From NCBI GenBank assembly GCA_018136815.1, contig CM030932.1, forward strand, positions 7,594,001 to 7,626,000: 32,000 nucleotides of DNA, written 5' to 3'. The translations under genes and the position numbers were made by a program. Positions 12,501-22,075 of this stretch are shown here, piece by piece (position 1 is the stretch's first letter; every line of letters begins with the position of its first letter). The DNA is from Isochrysis galbana (taxonomy: Eukaryota). The notes beneath the pieces are model-generated. The model did no database searches. It was not told the DNA's origin and saw only the letters and a list, made by a program, of their open reading frames with translations.

Positions 12501-14618
12501 GCGCGAGGCGAGAATGACTTCATGAGCGTAGCCACCACGACGAAGCCATTCGCACGTTGTCAGCCCCAACCCGCCGCTGCCACCACTAATCAAATAGCTA
12601 CCAGGACGTCGGCGAAGATTTACCCGCGGCAGCTTCAACACTATAGCGCCGATCTGTGTTGGCTGCTGCAGACAAGAGAAAGCGGCGACGGTGCCGTGCT
12701 CGAGGTTGAACACATGAAGCAGTGGCGCGGAGACCACGCGCCGCTCCAAACGGTGCGCGAGCAAAATCAGCGCCCGCTGAATACCCATGGGTGCCCGCTC
12801 TGCGATCGCCATCATGTCTGCAATACGATAAAGGACACTCGTTGAAGGTGGCGAGCCGAGCATCCCTCGATCCAATGAGATCGCAGATCCAAGCTCGAGA
12901 GCGGAGCCTCCCTCACCAAGGAGCGTTTGCGACAGAGACTTGAAATCTCTCGTGCTGTTGAGCCTTATTCTCAAGCGAAGGCCACGCAGCCATGGAGTCG
13001 CGCCGGCAAGGAGGACACATGAGTCGCGTGAATAGAAGCTGACGACGCATTGACGACGACTGTGAAGGAAAGCGTGCTTCTGCGGTGTGCTAGTGGTAGC
13101 GTGTACAAGAGCCATGAGCCAGCAACAATATTCACCCGCAATCACACCTTTACTAGACGTGCCGAACTCCAGAAGTATCCGGTCGCCGGCATGCACCCGT
13201 GATGACGATGCGGCTACATGGGCGGTCGCCCAGCTCGTGGGGATGGCACAAGCTGCTTCGAACGAGATATTGTAGGGCAGTGGTGCCAAGAGCCACCCAT
13301 CAACTCGGGTTACTGACGACACAGGCGCGTATCCAAAGCCAAATGTTAGAGTCTGAGGGATCAAATGCGAAATATCACTGCCAACGGATTCGACCTCGCC
13401 AGCGCAGTCGGTACACGGTGCATGACACTCGCCAGAGCATATGGCAAGGATTTGCATTAAATCTCGAAGGCTCAAGCTGACACACCGTACGCGTACCTCC
13501 GCGCCGGTTGCCGTCAAGGGTGCTTCAAAGGGCTGCTGAACGACGATGCGTACATCAGGCAATCCTTCTAGGCGCAGTGCAACGGGCTCGGTCATCGAGA
13601 GGGGTGCACGCCTCAGTCTTGGGACCAATGCGCGGCTTCTCTTGACCACCATCTCCGGTTCACCCTCAGTAGATCCTGCGGCAACCATCACACTGCACAC
13701 AAAATCATCAGTTGCACCCCAACCATCGCTTGTGTGATCCAGCCACTTGAGCCTCACGGTCGGCGCCTCGAGGCGCGAAGTACGCGCTAGGCCAACATTC
13801 CCCCCCTGTGATGGCCATACCTCACTGCAGAAGCTGACCGGCTGCACGTTCCTCGTGAGAATACACATTGGAGGCGGAGTCACTGCGCCCAGCACCACGC
13901 GTACCCAGCTAAATGCAGCTTCCAGTAATGCTAATGGACTCTGGCGTACGATCGACGGGGCGAAGTGTACTGCCATGGGCGAAGCCCCTGCGTGCCGTGT
14001 GTTAAACCCTTCCGGATCTGGTCGGCGGAGCGATGGGAGCTTGCTGTCTAATGCAAGGTCGCCAAAGACGAGTGTGTTTCTTAATGGTGGCCTCATCTCG
14101 TCGCGCCCCTCGATTGCCCGCGAGGCCTGGGCACGCCGAGTAGGATGGTCACGACCGAGATCATCCATGCCATCCTGAAGTATGTGCTTCGGCTGCGCGG
14201 CACCAGCATTGCATAGCATCTCCTCGATAGTAATGGTCTCGTGCTCATCGCACGAGGCGTGAAGTGTTTCCCAGTGCATAACATACCCGTGACCATGCAG
14301 CGTGCCATGGCGCGGAGGGCTCGCCCAGTCGTCGCAGTTTTGTGGAAATTGTTGACGGGAAGAGAAGCCATATCGGTGCTTCTTGACACCGCGCAGATGT
14401 GCGATTGGAATTTCCTGGTTGACCGATCGTGTGCGAGGTAGAAGCCATGATGTGTACGTGGATGCATCCTCTGCCGCAACAACCTGTTGAGTTGGGGTAT
14501 GGCTGCATGATCGCGAGCATGCGTGTGCGCTCCCCTCCCTGGAATGATGCGTGGAGACTGGGCGGGTGTGACGAGCGCGTGGAGCATGTTCGCTACCTCC
14601 CTCACCATGCGCCCGGAG
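1..14618 (-). CDS. Giant modular type I polyketide synthase, main exon, continuing beyond the left edge
   Basis: Hand reverse translation at many points gives PKS motifs all in one frame (first codon base at 647, 1364, 2072, 6167, 10997 and 14621, all congruent to 2 mod 3). No complete ORF in this frame is listed in the track below 14640, as expected for an ORF with no stop in the window. Confidence 0.9.
600..1880 (-). other. Ketosynthase, fourth module
   Basis: EAASMDPQQRLLLEHGYAALCG, SYDTACSAALAAAHSA, VEAHGTGTALGDPIEA, SIKANVGHAEPAAG, GGVSSFGYSGTIVHSVV. Confidence 0.95.
1985..2190 (-). other. Acyl carrier protein, third module
   Basis: [46 protein letters not shown]. Confidence 0.93.
2240..2960 (-). 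other. Ketoreductase, third module
   Basis: GVHLLSGGSGGLGVLTGRWLAEAGAEAVV at about 2865-2950; IWHAAGVLSDGLL; SSVAALLGGRGQANYSAANSCLDSL. Confidence 0.92.
2847..5031. repeat. Intragenic duplication copy A (2185 bp, partner 7677-9861, offset 4830)
   Basis: Line-by-line match; differences noticed at 3642, 3643, 3897, 4085 and 4985. Identity stops sharply at both ends. Confidence 0.95.
3010..3960 (-). other. Enoylreductase, third module
   Basis: VGLNFRDVLNVLGAYPGDPGPPGNDCAAEVAVVG; MIVHAAAGGVGLAAGEYAHLLG at about 3475-3522. Confidence 0.88.
4500..5370 (-). other. Dehydratase, third module
   Basis: VDHVVNGHIVFPGAAYLEMAGA at about 5170-5225 (canonical HxxxGxxxxP); LEYGTSYRLVRAAWQ and VVHPADLDNALQ. 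Confidence 0.85.
5400..6690 (-). other. Ketosynthase, third module
   Basis: SPAETVTMDPQQRLLLEHSYDALHG, CVSYDTACSAALVAQHAA, CIEAHGTGTTLGDPIEA, SMKANAGHSEPAAG, GGVNSFGYSGTIVHAV. Confidence 0.95.
6810..7030 (-). other. Acyl carrier protein, second module
   Basis: [45 protein letters not shown]. Confidence 0.9.
7100..7790 (-). other. Ketoreductase, second module
   Basis: HLLSGGSGGLGVLTGRWLAEAGAEAVV (duplicated part), LWHAAGVLSDGLL, SSIAGLVGNLGQSNYAAANCCLD, SVQWGPWADVGMAAG. Confidence 0.9.
7677..9861. repeat. Intragenic duplication copy B (partner 2847-5031)
   Basis: As copy A; shadow ORFs in the track also recur at offset 4830. Confidence 0.95.
7840..8790 (-). other. Enoylreductase, second module
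   Basis: LNFRDVLNVLGAYPGDPGPPGNDCAAEV and AAAGGVGLAAGEY, copy of the 3010-3960 region. Confidence 0.85.
9330..10200 (-). other. Dehydratase domain, second module
   Basis: EHIVHDNVTFPGSGYLEMARAC at about 10006-10062; the C-terminal half lies in the duplicated block. Confidence 0.75.
10240..11530 (-). other. Ketosynthase, second module
   Basis: SPAEAVAMDPQQRLLLD, CVSIDTACSAALVA, LEAHGTGTALGDPIEA, SVKANAGHPEPAAG, GGVNSFGYSGTIVHAVV. Confidence 0.95.
11620..11830 (-). other. Acyl carrier protein, first module
   Basis: [41 protein letters not shown]. Confidence 0.9.
11860..12620 (-). other. Ketoreductase domain, first module
   Basis: YLISGGSGGLGLTTCEWLRRGG, GVWHAAGLLADGLL, VMAILGGAGQANYSAANCCLD, SSVQWGPWADVGMAAG. 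Confidence 0.9.
12640..13570 (-). other. Enoylreductase-like domain, first module, degraded cofactor motif
   Basis: Reverse translation gives VRCVSLSFRDLMQILAICSGECHAPCTDCAGEVESVG (ER signature), followed by DRILLEFGTSSKGVIAGEY where AAAGGVGLAAGEY is found in the later module. Confidence 0.75.
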
Positions 14619-14732
14619 CTGAGATGCTAAAGAAGCTTATGTAGTGGTTTCAGTGGCGAGACGATGTAGCGTACTGACAACGAGTTGTGTTGGTGTGATG
14701 TCGGGCCAGGCTGTCTAGCGGCAGGGCCGTAC
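14619..14732 (-). other. Candidate 114-bp phase-0 GT-AG intron joining the two PKS exons
   Basis: Minus strand reads ...CTATACACG|GTACGG ... TTCTTTAGCATCTCAG|CTCCGG. It removes the only two in-frame stops found (14715-14717 TAG and 14637-14639 TAA), and 114 is divisible by 3. Confidence 0.5.
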
Positions 14733-17700
14733 CGTGTATAGATGACGGCAGGTGGTAGGCCAGGCCGCACTGAAGTGGAACACCGAGGCACTGCAACGCG
14801 AAGGCGTCAGCACAGCCTCGTCAACTTGCATCGCAATCGGCACCTCGAAAACAAGCGGTCGCGGCTTAGTTATGACACCGGAGAGTTGTTCCACCGCTTC
14901 CTCGTCAGTTTGGAATTCCTGCACAGGGTGCAGAAGCCTATCGAAAAAGGCGGCCAACTGCATGGCTCCCTCGAGATCGGCAGGATGAATTAGGGTACCC
15001 TCCGAGTCTAGCCTCCGATGTAGGGAGCCGACTACGACGGCTGACTGCTCGCAGGCCCAACACGCCGCCAATGCACGGTATTCTCGGCCGAACTCTAGTC
15101 CGCAGTTTCTCAAAAGGCGGTATAGGACGAAGACGTCGAGCGCAATCGTGCTGATCTCGCGTGCGAGCACCAACTCCGGGGTAGGTGGCGCTTGGATTGC
15201 TGCGAGCGCGTCGCCAGAGCAGTGAACATCAAGTGGAGTCGGTAACTCGCTGGCAGCCTTGGCGCTCGGGGGGACACACAGGGAAGAGGAGACCGCAAAC
15301 TTCTTCCTACCCACGTCGACTTCGCAAGATACCCAGGCCCCTTGCGCGTCGTCGAGGAGCAGCGGTGCGGAGAAGGTCATACGCCGCAAGTGCACCCCTC
15401 GTGGCAACGGCTGCAATACTTCCTCGCACGCCGCTCGAACCATCTCAAGGAATGCTCCGGTAGAGAGCATATTCCCTTGGTCGCCATAGGCCTGCCCCGC
15501 GACGATAGCAAGCAACGGCACAGTGACGGGGATTCGAAAAACCGCCACCGCCGGTAGAGCGGTGAGAGCAGAGCTCGTCCTGTGCTGAAGTAGTGGGTGC
15601 AGTTGCGCCTGCCACTCAAATCGGCGGCGCCGGTACGGCCGAGATTTGGGCCACGTGGCAATCGTGGAGGCCGTCACACGCAAAACTCGCACCGCCGCAT
15701 GGGCGATGGTTCCACTGTACCCGAAGGAACTGACACCACCTGTGGTGGTCTTCGTGTGTGTGAGCGATGCGAGCGTTGCAGCCGCACACAATGGCGCTTG
15801 TGCACTCGCCACGGCGTCCCCAATGTGCGAGTTGAGAATGCGCAGCTGCGCGTTAGCGGGCACGAGGCCGTCGCACGTGCAAGCGAGGAGGCCACAGAGG
15901 CCAACGAGGCCTGCCGCTGGCTCGAGATGGCCAAGGCTGGCTTTCACGGAGCCGACCAGAGTCTTCCTGGCGCGCATGTCGACGCCAAGGTTGAGCATGG
16001 CCAGTGTCTCCGAGAGCGCCCGCACTTCGGTGGGATCTCCCAGAGCCGTCCCAGTGCCATGCGCTTCCACCACCATCATCTCTCCTTCCGCAGTACCAGC
16101 TCGAGAGAGCGCCCGGAGGAGCAGCTTCATCTGCGCGCCGCCGTTGGGAGCGGTCAGGCTTGCACTCAGGCCATCATGCATCACTGAGCTAGACGCGAGT
16201 TCCGGCACGATGCATCCGCTTGTCTGAGCGTTGCCTTGCAAGCCCAGGCTCCCTTCATCGTGCGCGGTGTCGGCCAAGGCCAGGACCGCGCCGCCAACCC
16301 CCTCCCCGCGCGCATATCCGTCTGCGGCCGAGTCAAAAACTCTGCATCGGCCAGCTGGAGAGAGCATCCCAGCACGCGCATACGCGACGCTGACATGAGG
16401 GGTCAGCACCAGGCTAACGGCGGCCATAAGCGCGAGACAGCATTTATCGGCAGCCTGCAGCCCTTGCGCGGCCCCGTGCAGAGCCACGAGGGCCGATGAG
16501 CAGGCCGTGTCGATCGCCTGGCATGGGCCGTGGAAGCCCATTGTGAAGGATAGGCGGCCAGCAGCCACGGAAATAGCCGAGCCAGTGGCTGCGTAGACAG
16601 TTGGTGCGCTCGCGTACGTCAGCATAGACGCGAAGTCATTGTTGGAGATCGCCAAGAACACGGCGGTGTCCGATCCCCGCAAGCGCGAGAGCGGCACTCC
16701 TGTGAGTGTAACAGCCTCGTGGCTCACCTCGAGCAGAAGCCGTTGTTGAGGGTCCATTGCAGCCGCCTCGGCCGGCGACACCCCAAACGCCTGATTGTCG
16801 AAGAGGTTCGCGCCGCAAATCGTGGCCAACCGAGCGGCTCCGGGGAATCGCTGGTGTGTCTCAGTGTCGACGATCCAGCGCCAGAGGGGCACCTCGTCCA
16901 CAGCATCGTGGCCAGTGCGCAAGAGGGCGTCGAGTGCGGATGCCCAAGGCGCAGAGGGCCAGCGCCCTATCAATCCGACGATGGCTGGTGTCGCCGTCTG
17001 AGACACAAGTTGTCTCTGCAGATGTGAGTGTCCTACGCGTACCGATGGTTCGCACCCTTGGCCATCCAGCACACCGCGTGCCTGCGCACAAAGATGCTCT
17101 GCGATTGAGGCGACCGTCGGGTACCGGAAGATGAGCGTCTCCGACAGGTTTGGTACCCTGGCAGCCTGCTCCAACCCGCGGGTCAGGTCAGGCGTGTCCT
17201 CGGAGGACAGGCCTAGCGTCATGAGAGGCGCGCTCGGAGCAGCTGCCGCAGCTTCAGCAAGTTCAGGGCTGATCCGGCCGAGCACGCCGAACACTGCCTG
17301 CCGCATCGCCTCAACATCCGACCGTGGCGTCTCGATGTCATCTGGCGGTATGGAGGGCGCGAAGGACGTCTGCGGCTGCCTGTCGGAGAACGGTAGCTGG
17401 TAGCAGGCCGCGAGGACGAGTTCAGGAGGCGAATGGTGCCCTGCATGGTCGTGTCGTGCCTTGTCATCCAACAGAGAGGCTGGACTGAGTCGCTCAACGC
17501 GAGCACCACGACGGGCGTGAGCAGCGAGCTCCTCGCCTGCTTTGTGTGTAGATGATGCAGTCGGCGAAATTCTCGCCCCGTGCGCTGCCTCGCCTGAAAC
17601 TGCGCGAGTGTGCACTCGCACAGAGACGCGGCGGAGCTCTGCTTGTCCGAGGAGTGCGGACTGCAGCGTGTGACGCAGCAGGGCCTCATCGAGCCCTCTG

Positions 17701-17849
17701 CGGCGCAGCGTATGCGCGTGGGGTGCTGAGCTGTTGCACTGCGCCACTCGCAGCTCAGCCCTGCGCTCGAAGCGTCCTTCTTCCTCGTGTGACGGCTGCA
17801 CGAGCAGGAGTGCGGTGCGCACGTACCGCTGCCGCCGGCCTGCCTCCAT
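14733..17849 (-). CDS. PKS N-terminal exon: ACP-like, KS, DH; first in-frame ATG at 17849 (track starts at a GTG at 17894)
   Basis: ORF 14715..17894 in the same frame contains AIDTACSSALVALHG, VVEAHGTGTALGDP, VKASLGHLEPAAG, GGVSSFGYSGTIAHA and a DH-like region. Start codon and 5' end are uncertain. Confidence 0.75.
14830..15620 (-). other. Dehydratase-like domain of the first module, probably inactive
   Basis: RRRRFEWQAQLHPLLQHR linker, then YGDQGNMLSTGAFLEMVRAA where HxxxGxxxxPGAxYLEM is expected; C-terminal part LEFGREYRALAACW...VHPADLEGAM-like (LIHPADLEGAMQ). Confidence 0.7.
15690..16985 (-). other. Ketosynthase domain of the first module
   Basis: C-H-H catalytic motifs intact: DTACSSAL, EAHGTGT, KASLGHLEPAAG. 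Confidence 0.95.
17085..17312 (-). other. Acyl carrier protein-like domain at the PKS N-terminus, degenerate
   Basis: PLMTLGLSSEDTPDLTRGLEQAARVPNLSETLIFRYPTVASIAEHL. The canonical LGxDSL reads LGLSSE. Confidence 0.55.
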
Positions 17850-17899
17850 TGCCTCAAAGGCCGAGAGTGCGTGCGGTGGTTCGTGTCTGAGCACCTAGG

Positions 17900-18240
17900 G
17901 TGGCAGGGCCGGCGCTCGGGAATCCGGGGCGAGGGTGGATTGGAGGATGAGGGGCCGGGAGGGGAGAGAAGAGGGGGGATGGGGGTCGCTGGGGAGAGCA
18001 GGGGGCGGCGAATCACTGCGCGAGCGCGCGAATTGGTGTGGGGGATCCACTTTTTCCTAGTATGAGGACACTCACACGCAGAAGAACGGGGGGGGGGCGG
18101 GAGAGGGGGAGGAGGGGGGGGGGAGTAGGAAAAGAGAGGGGGGGGGTGCGTTTGCGGGGGGGGAGGGGAGGGGAGACTCCACAAAGAAAGATGTGAGTAT
18201 GAGTAGGAATAGGAAGGAGTAAGGGTGGGCAGGAGGTCCT
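17900..18240. repeat. Purine-rich low-complexity tract with long G runs upstream of the PKS start
   Basis: Long runs of gggggg/gagagg on the + strand, for example 18084-18165. Confidence 0.8.
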
Positions 18241-18742
18241 CGCGCCGAGCCTCCCTTGGAACGCCGGGGCCGCGACGATCGATGTGTGATGGAGAGGCCC
18301 GACACGGCCGACGATGGACGGTGTAAAGGAAGCAGAGAGTACAAGCAGTTACAAAAGAAGCTACGCGCCCACTAAGAAAGTTCGGCGCTCTCCTCTCCTC
18401 TCCTCTCTAATGAGAGAGGGAGTACTTAGTTCATCAGCGAGAGAGAGTGCCGAGGCCGTCGGGCACGCCACCCCCCCCCCAAAACATAATAAATCAACGA
18501 ACCCTTGTACTCCGGCTAGAGCTCTAGAGTAGAGAGGAGTGGAGTGCTATGAGAGCGAAAGGGGAGTCCGGAGTCAGGAGTCAAAGGTCTCGTCTCTTTG
18601 CTTTGGGAAGAAGGCCAACACGCCACTTCCTCTCGGTGCTCCCTCCCTTGCGCCGCCCGCTCTCCCCCCCACCCCCCACCCCCAACCCAACCCACCCAAC
18701 CTTCCCACGAAACGAAGAAACGGAAGGGTGGCGTTTGCAATT

Positions 18743-18826
18743 GTATTGTAGAGCATCTTGTTTGCTAGCATCCCTAGCCACAAACACCAGACGAGCCATG
18801 CGCCAACCGCGCACACCCCCATCGCG
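18743..18826 (+). repeat. Dispersed direct repeat, copy 1 (partner about 23314-23398)
   Basis: ttgtagagc...tcttgtt.gctag.at.cctagccaca.acacc.gacgagccatgcgccaacc...cgcacacc shared. Confidence 0.8.
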
Positions 18827-19554
18827 GGGGAGGGGCTCCGTTGCCGTCGAAGGGCTACGGTCCCTCAGCACTAAGGTTATGCCCGCACGACAAGAAAAAC
18901 TCCAACGCTCCGCCATCGCCAAAGGCGAAACCCTTGTCCCCAATCACCAATCATTGCTGTTTCCCAGAAGAGGTACAAGCTTACCTTTGAGGCTGAAACG
19001 TGCTCAGGCGTCAAAGACTAGGGCGGTCAAACAGCTATTTTAACTTCTAAGGGTGAAAATTGACGAGGATTCATTACGAGATTTTTGGATATAGTGACCG
19101 GATAGGTGTATACTAGCACATATCCGGTGCCCTTTGGGCCCTAGACCCCCCACGGTAGCCCCCACAGCGATGCGTAACCAGAAAACGCGCAAATTGGCCA
19201 GAAATCAGAAATCATTTCAAGAAATCACTATCGCGGAGGGCCGACGTCCGACGCGAGCGCGGGCGAGCGTCGGGCCGCTAATCGACGCGTCCCCGGCGCA
19301 GCGTGCCTCGGCCCCGGGGTCATGACTGGAGCTCTTGTGTGTTTTTGTTATGCGATCCAGGTGGCACCGTTTGCGAGAGCGCGTGGCATGCTCGACAGCC
19401 GATGGGTCGAAGAAGAGATTTTCAACGAATTTGTCGAGTTCATATGTTGGCGTGATGTTGCACCCTTGAGCCTTGAGCGTCGTCAAACGCGCTAGTGATG
19501 TAGAGATTGCAGTGGTCTCTCGCGCGGGGGTACCACGTTTGAAATTGTAGAATA

Positions 19555-19668
19555 AAATAATTAATGTTATATCCTAGCCAACCCCACTAGCTAATTGGAC
19601 ACAACTTTTCCGTCCCGGAATCCCGCCATGCCCATGCCTGACGAGCCAGGTGTCCGAGTGCTACCGGG
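19555..19668 (+). repeat. Inverted repeat, left arm
   Basis: aaataattaatgttatatcctagccaacccca (32 nt) is an exact reverse complement of 23273-23304; aattggacacaac and cccggaatcccgcc...cctgacgagccaggtgtccgagtg recur inverted at 23143-23220. Confidence 0.88.
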
Positions 19669-20440
19669 CGACTTCGGTTCCATTGCCGCCCCTCGATCCC
19701 GAGCTTGAGCCACCCCCTCGTCTCGACTTCACTCGCAGTCCGCCTTCGTCTCCTTCCCGTTCGTCTGCCGCCGTCGAAGTTGAGCCACTCTTCGCCGACG
19801 TCTCCACGTCGGCCGCTGCGTCGAAAGAGTTCGCTCTGTACACCAGGCAGCCTATCCCTATCCCCTCGCGATCGAGGGGTACGTTCTCCGTTCGCCTGCC
19901 GCTGGAGATCATCGAGAACTACCCCGACTCCGCCATCCTCGTCGACCGTTTGCCGCCCCGTGAAGGCCTCGATTCTCCTCCAATGGTCGCCACGAGCGTC
20001 GAAACCCCAACTCCGGAGGGGGAGGTGCTGATCACGGTCTGGAACCTGGCGCCACGTCCTGTAACCCTTCCTGCGTATTCGCCGGTGGCGTCGGCCCACA
20101 TCGAGTACAAGCTACACGAGGCGCGGTCGACGGTCGCCGGTGACGGAGACGACCCGGAGTCCTCGCTCACCGAGGCGCAGCGCGCGCTCCTGGACGCCAT
20201 CACCATCGATCCCGATGAACAATTGTCGCCGTCCCAGAAGTAGCGCGTACGCTGCCTGCTGGCACGGCATATCGACGCGTTTGCCCTCGACCCGAACGAA
20301 GAACCCTCGGCACACGCACGTCATGGAGGTCGAGCTGCCTCTCCTCCCCGGCGCTACAGCCCACCGGCATGCTCCGTCCAAGATGGGCGACGAGGGCCGT
20401 GCCATCGTCGACAAGCACGTCGCCGAGATGGAGGCGAGGC
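19628..20440 (+). pseudogene. Ty3/gypsy-like pol remnant (protease-RT linker and start of RT)
   Basis: VLITVWNLAPRPVTLPAYSPVASA...LTEAQRALLDAI, then in another frame HVMEVELPLLPGATAHRHAPSKMGDEGRAIVDKHVAEMEARL. In-frame stop at 20241-20243 and a frame change near 20320. Confidence 0.6.
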
Positions 20441-20444
20441 TGAA

Positions 20445-22075
20445 CATACAGCTAGCAAAACAAGGACCGAACGAAAAACTAACGCGGGACATAGCCCAAA
20501 CCCATAAAGAGATAGCAGAAGCCCGCAGCAGAGTCCCGCTAAAGAGGCTCCCGCTCCACCGCCAGCTCCGACGCGAGGACCTTCACTCCAAAGAATTCTT
20601 CGAACAACTCAAGACCCGGAAATGGAAGGCCAACGTCACCGAACTATTCAGAAACAGGAACTGGGACCAGCCAGTTCACTCGGAACACGAAACCGCAACC
20701 TCGGACTACGATATCAGAAGAGAATTCCGGAGATACTACGTATGGCTATACTCCCCCAAAGAGGCCCACAGGGTCCCAGACCTTGAGAACGCACTGACGG
20801 ACCGCCCTCTAAGCGACCTGGATAAATGTCGCACAGAGGGGCGCATCGATGCCGAAGAAACGAGACAGGCCATCAGAAGCATTGGCTCCGGCAAGAGTGC
20901 GGGACCGGATGGACTACCGGCAGAAGTATACAAGGCGCACGACGAGCTAGCGGCACCAATATTGACTAAATTGTATAACCTAGCACTAGACAAGGGGACA
21001 CTTGCGTACACGATGCGGGAAGGAGACATAATCCTACTATATAAAAAGGGAGATGCGCGAGACCCGCGAAACTACAGACCGATCACACTACTACAAAGCG
21101 ACTACAAGATCCTAGCCAAAATATTAACCAATAGGTTAAGCAAAGTAATAGGCAGGATAATATCGGAAAACCAACTGGGGTTCGTGCCGAGACGGCTCAT
21201 CAGCGAGGCCATGCACCTGCTTCAACTCACGAGAGCATACCTGGACGAAACCTGTGTGGGATGGAGTGGAGCTGTGGCTGTGTTGCATGTGGGGGCAAGA
21301 GGATTGATGTATGTAACATGTGAGGTACAGTCCAGAGACATGGGGCACGGGCCACCGGACACATGGGAGGCACGCAACGGAGGAGCTGAGGACGAGCGAG
21401 GGACCTCGACCGGCATGCGGTCACGCGAGACGAGAACGAGGACGAAGAGCACACAAGGCAGGAGGCCACAGGAGCGCTCAAGCGATAGCGCTGAGCGTAC
21501 AAAAGCTACCGGAACGAGAGAAGACACGCGGGGGGGGGGAAAGGAGAGAACGCGCGGGAAAAGAAAGAGACGACAGTGGGCGGAAAACACTCAGTGGGAA
21601 CGGGGAGAGAGGGAAGGAGGGACGAGGCGAGAATTGGGAAAGAGGGACGTGAGGGGACGATCCTATCGGGAGCGGGCGGGAAAGGTGAGCGTGATACGGA
21701 ACTAGACAACGAAGGGGGGTCACGCGAGGAAACCTAATGGCGGGAAAGATGCGAAGAGGTATGAACAACCCCCCCTACCCGCGACAAAACCGGAGAACCA
21801 GGCTTGATACTAGCCCTAGACTGGGAAAAAGCATTTGATAGGGTCAGCTGGGAGTTCTATGTTCTATCATCTGGCCCTTAAATTACTCAACTTCGGCCCG
21901 AACTTCCAATCCCTAGCCAAAGCGCTCACGAGCGAAAATGCCCGACCCGTGAGAACAATAAAAACCAACGGGGGAAGAAGCTACCCCTTCACCGTGGGGA
22001 GCGGCATGCCACAGGGATGTCCGCTCTCCCCGCTCACCTTCCTCCTTACTACGGAGGCGCTCACCCGCGGTACGC
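20445..22075 (+). mobile_element. Non-LTR (LINE-like) reverse transcriptase remnant with internal insertion about 21257-21785
   Basis: AIRSIGSGKSAGPDGLPAEVYKA...GDIILLYKKGDARDPRNYRPITLLQSDYKILAKILTNRLSKVIGRIISENQLGFVP; [15 protein letters not shown]; GSGMPQGCPLSPLTFLL. Confidence 0.85.
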
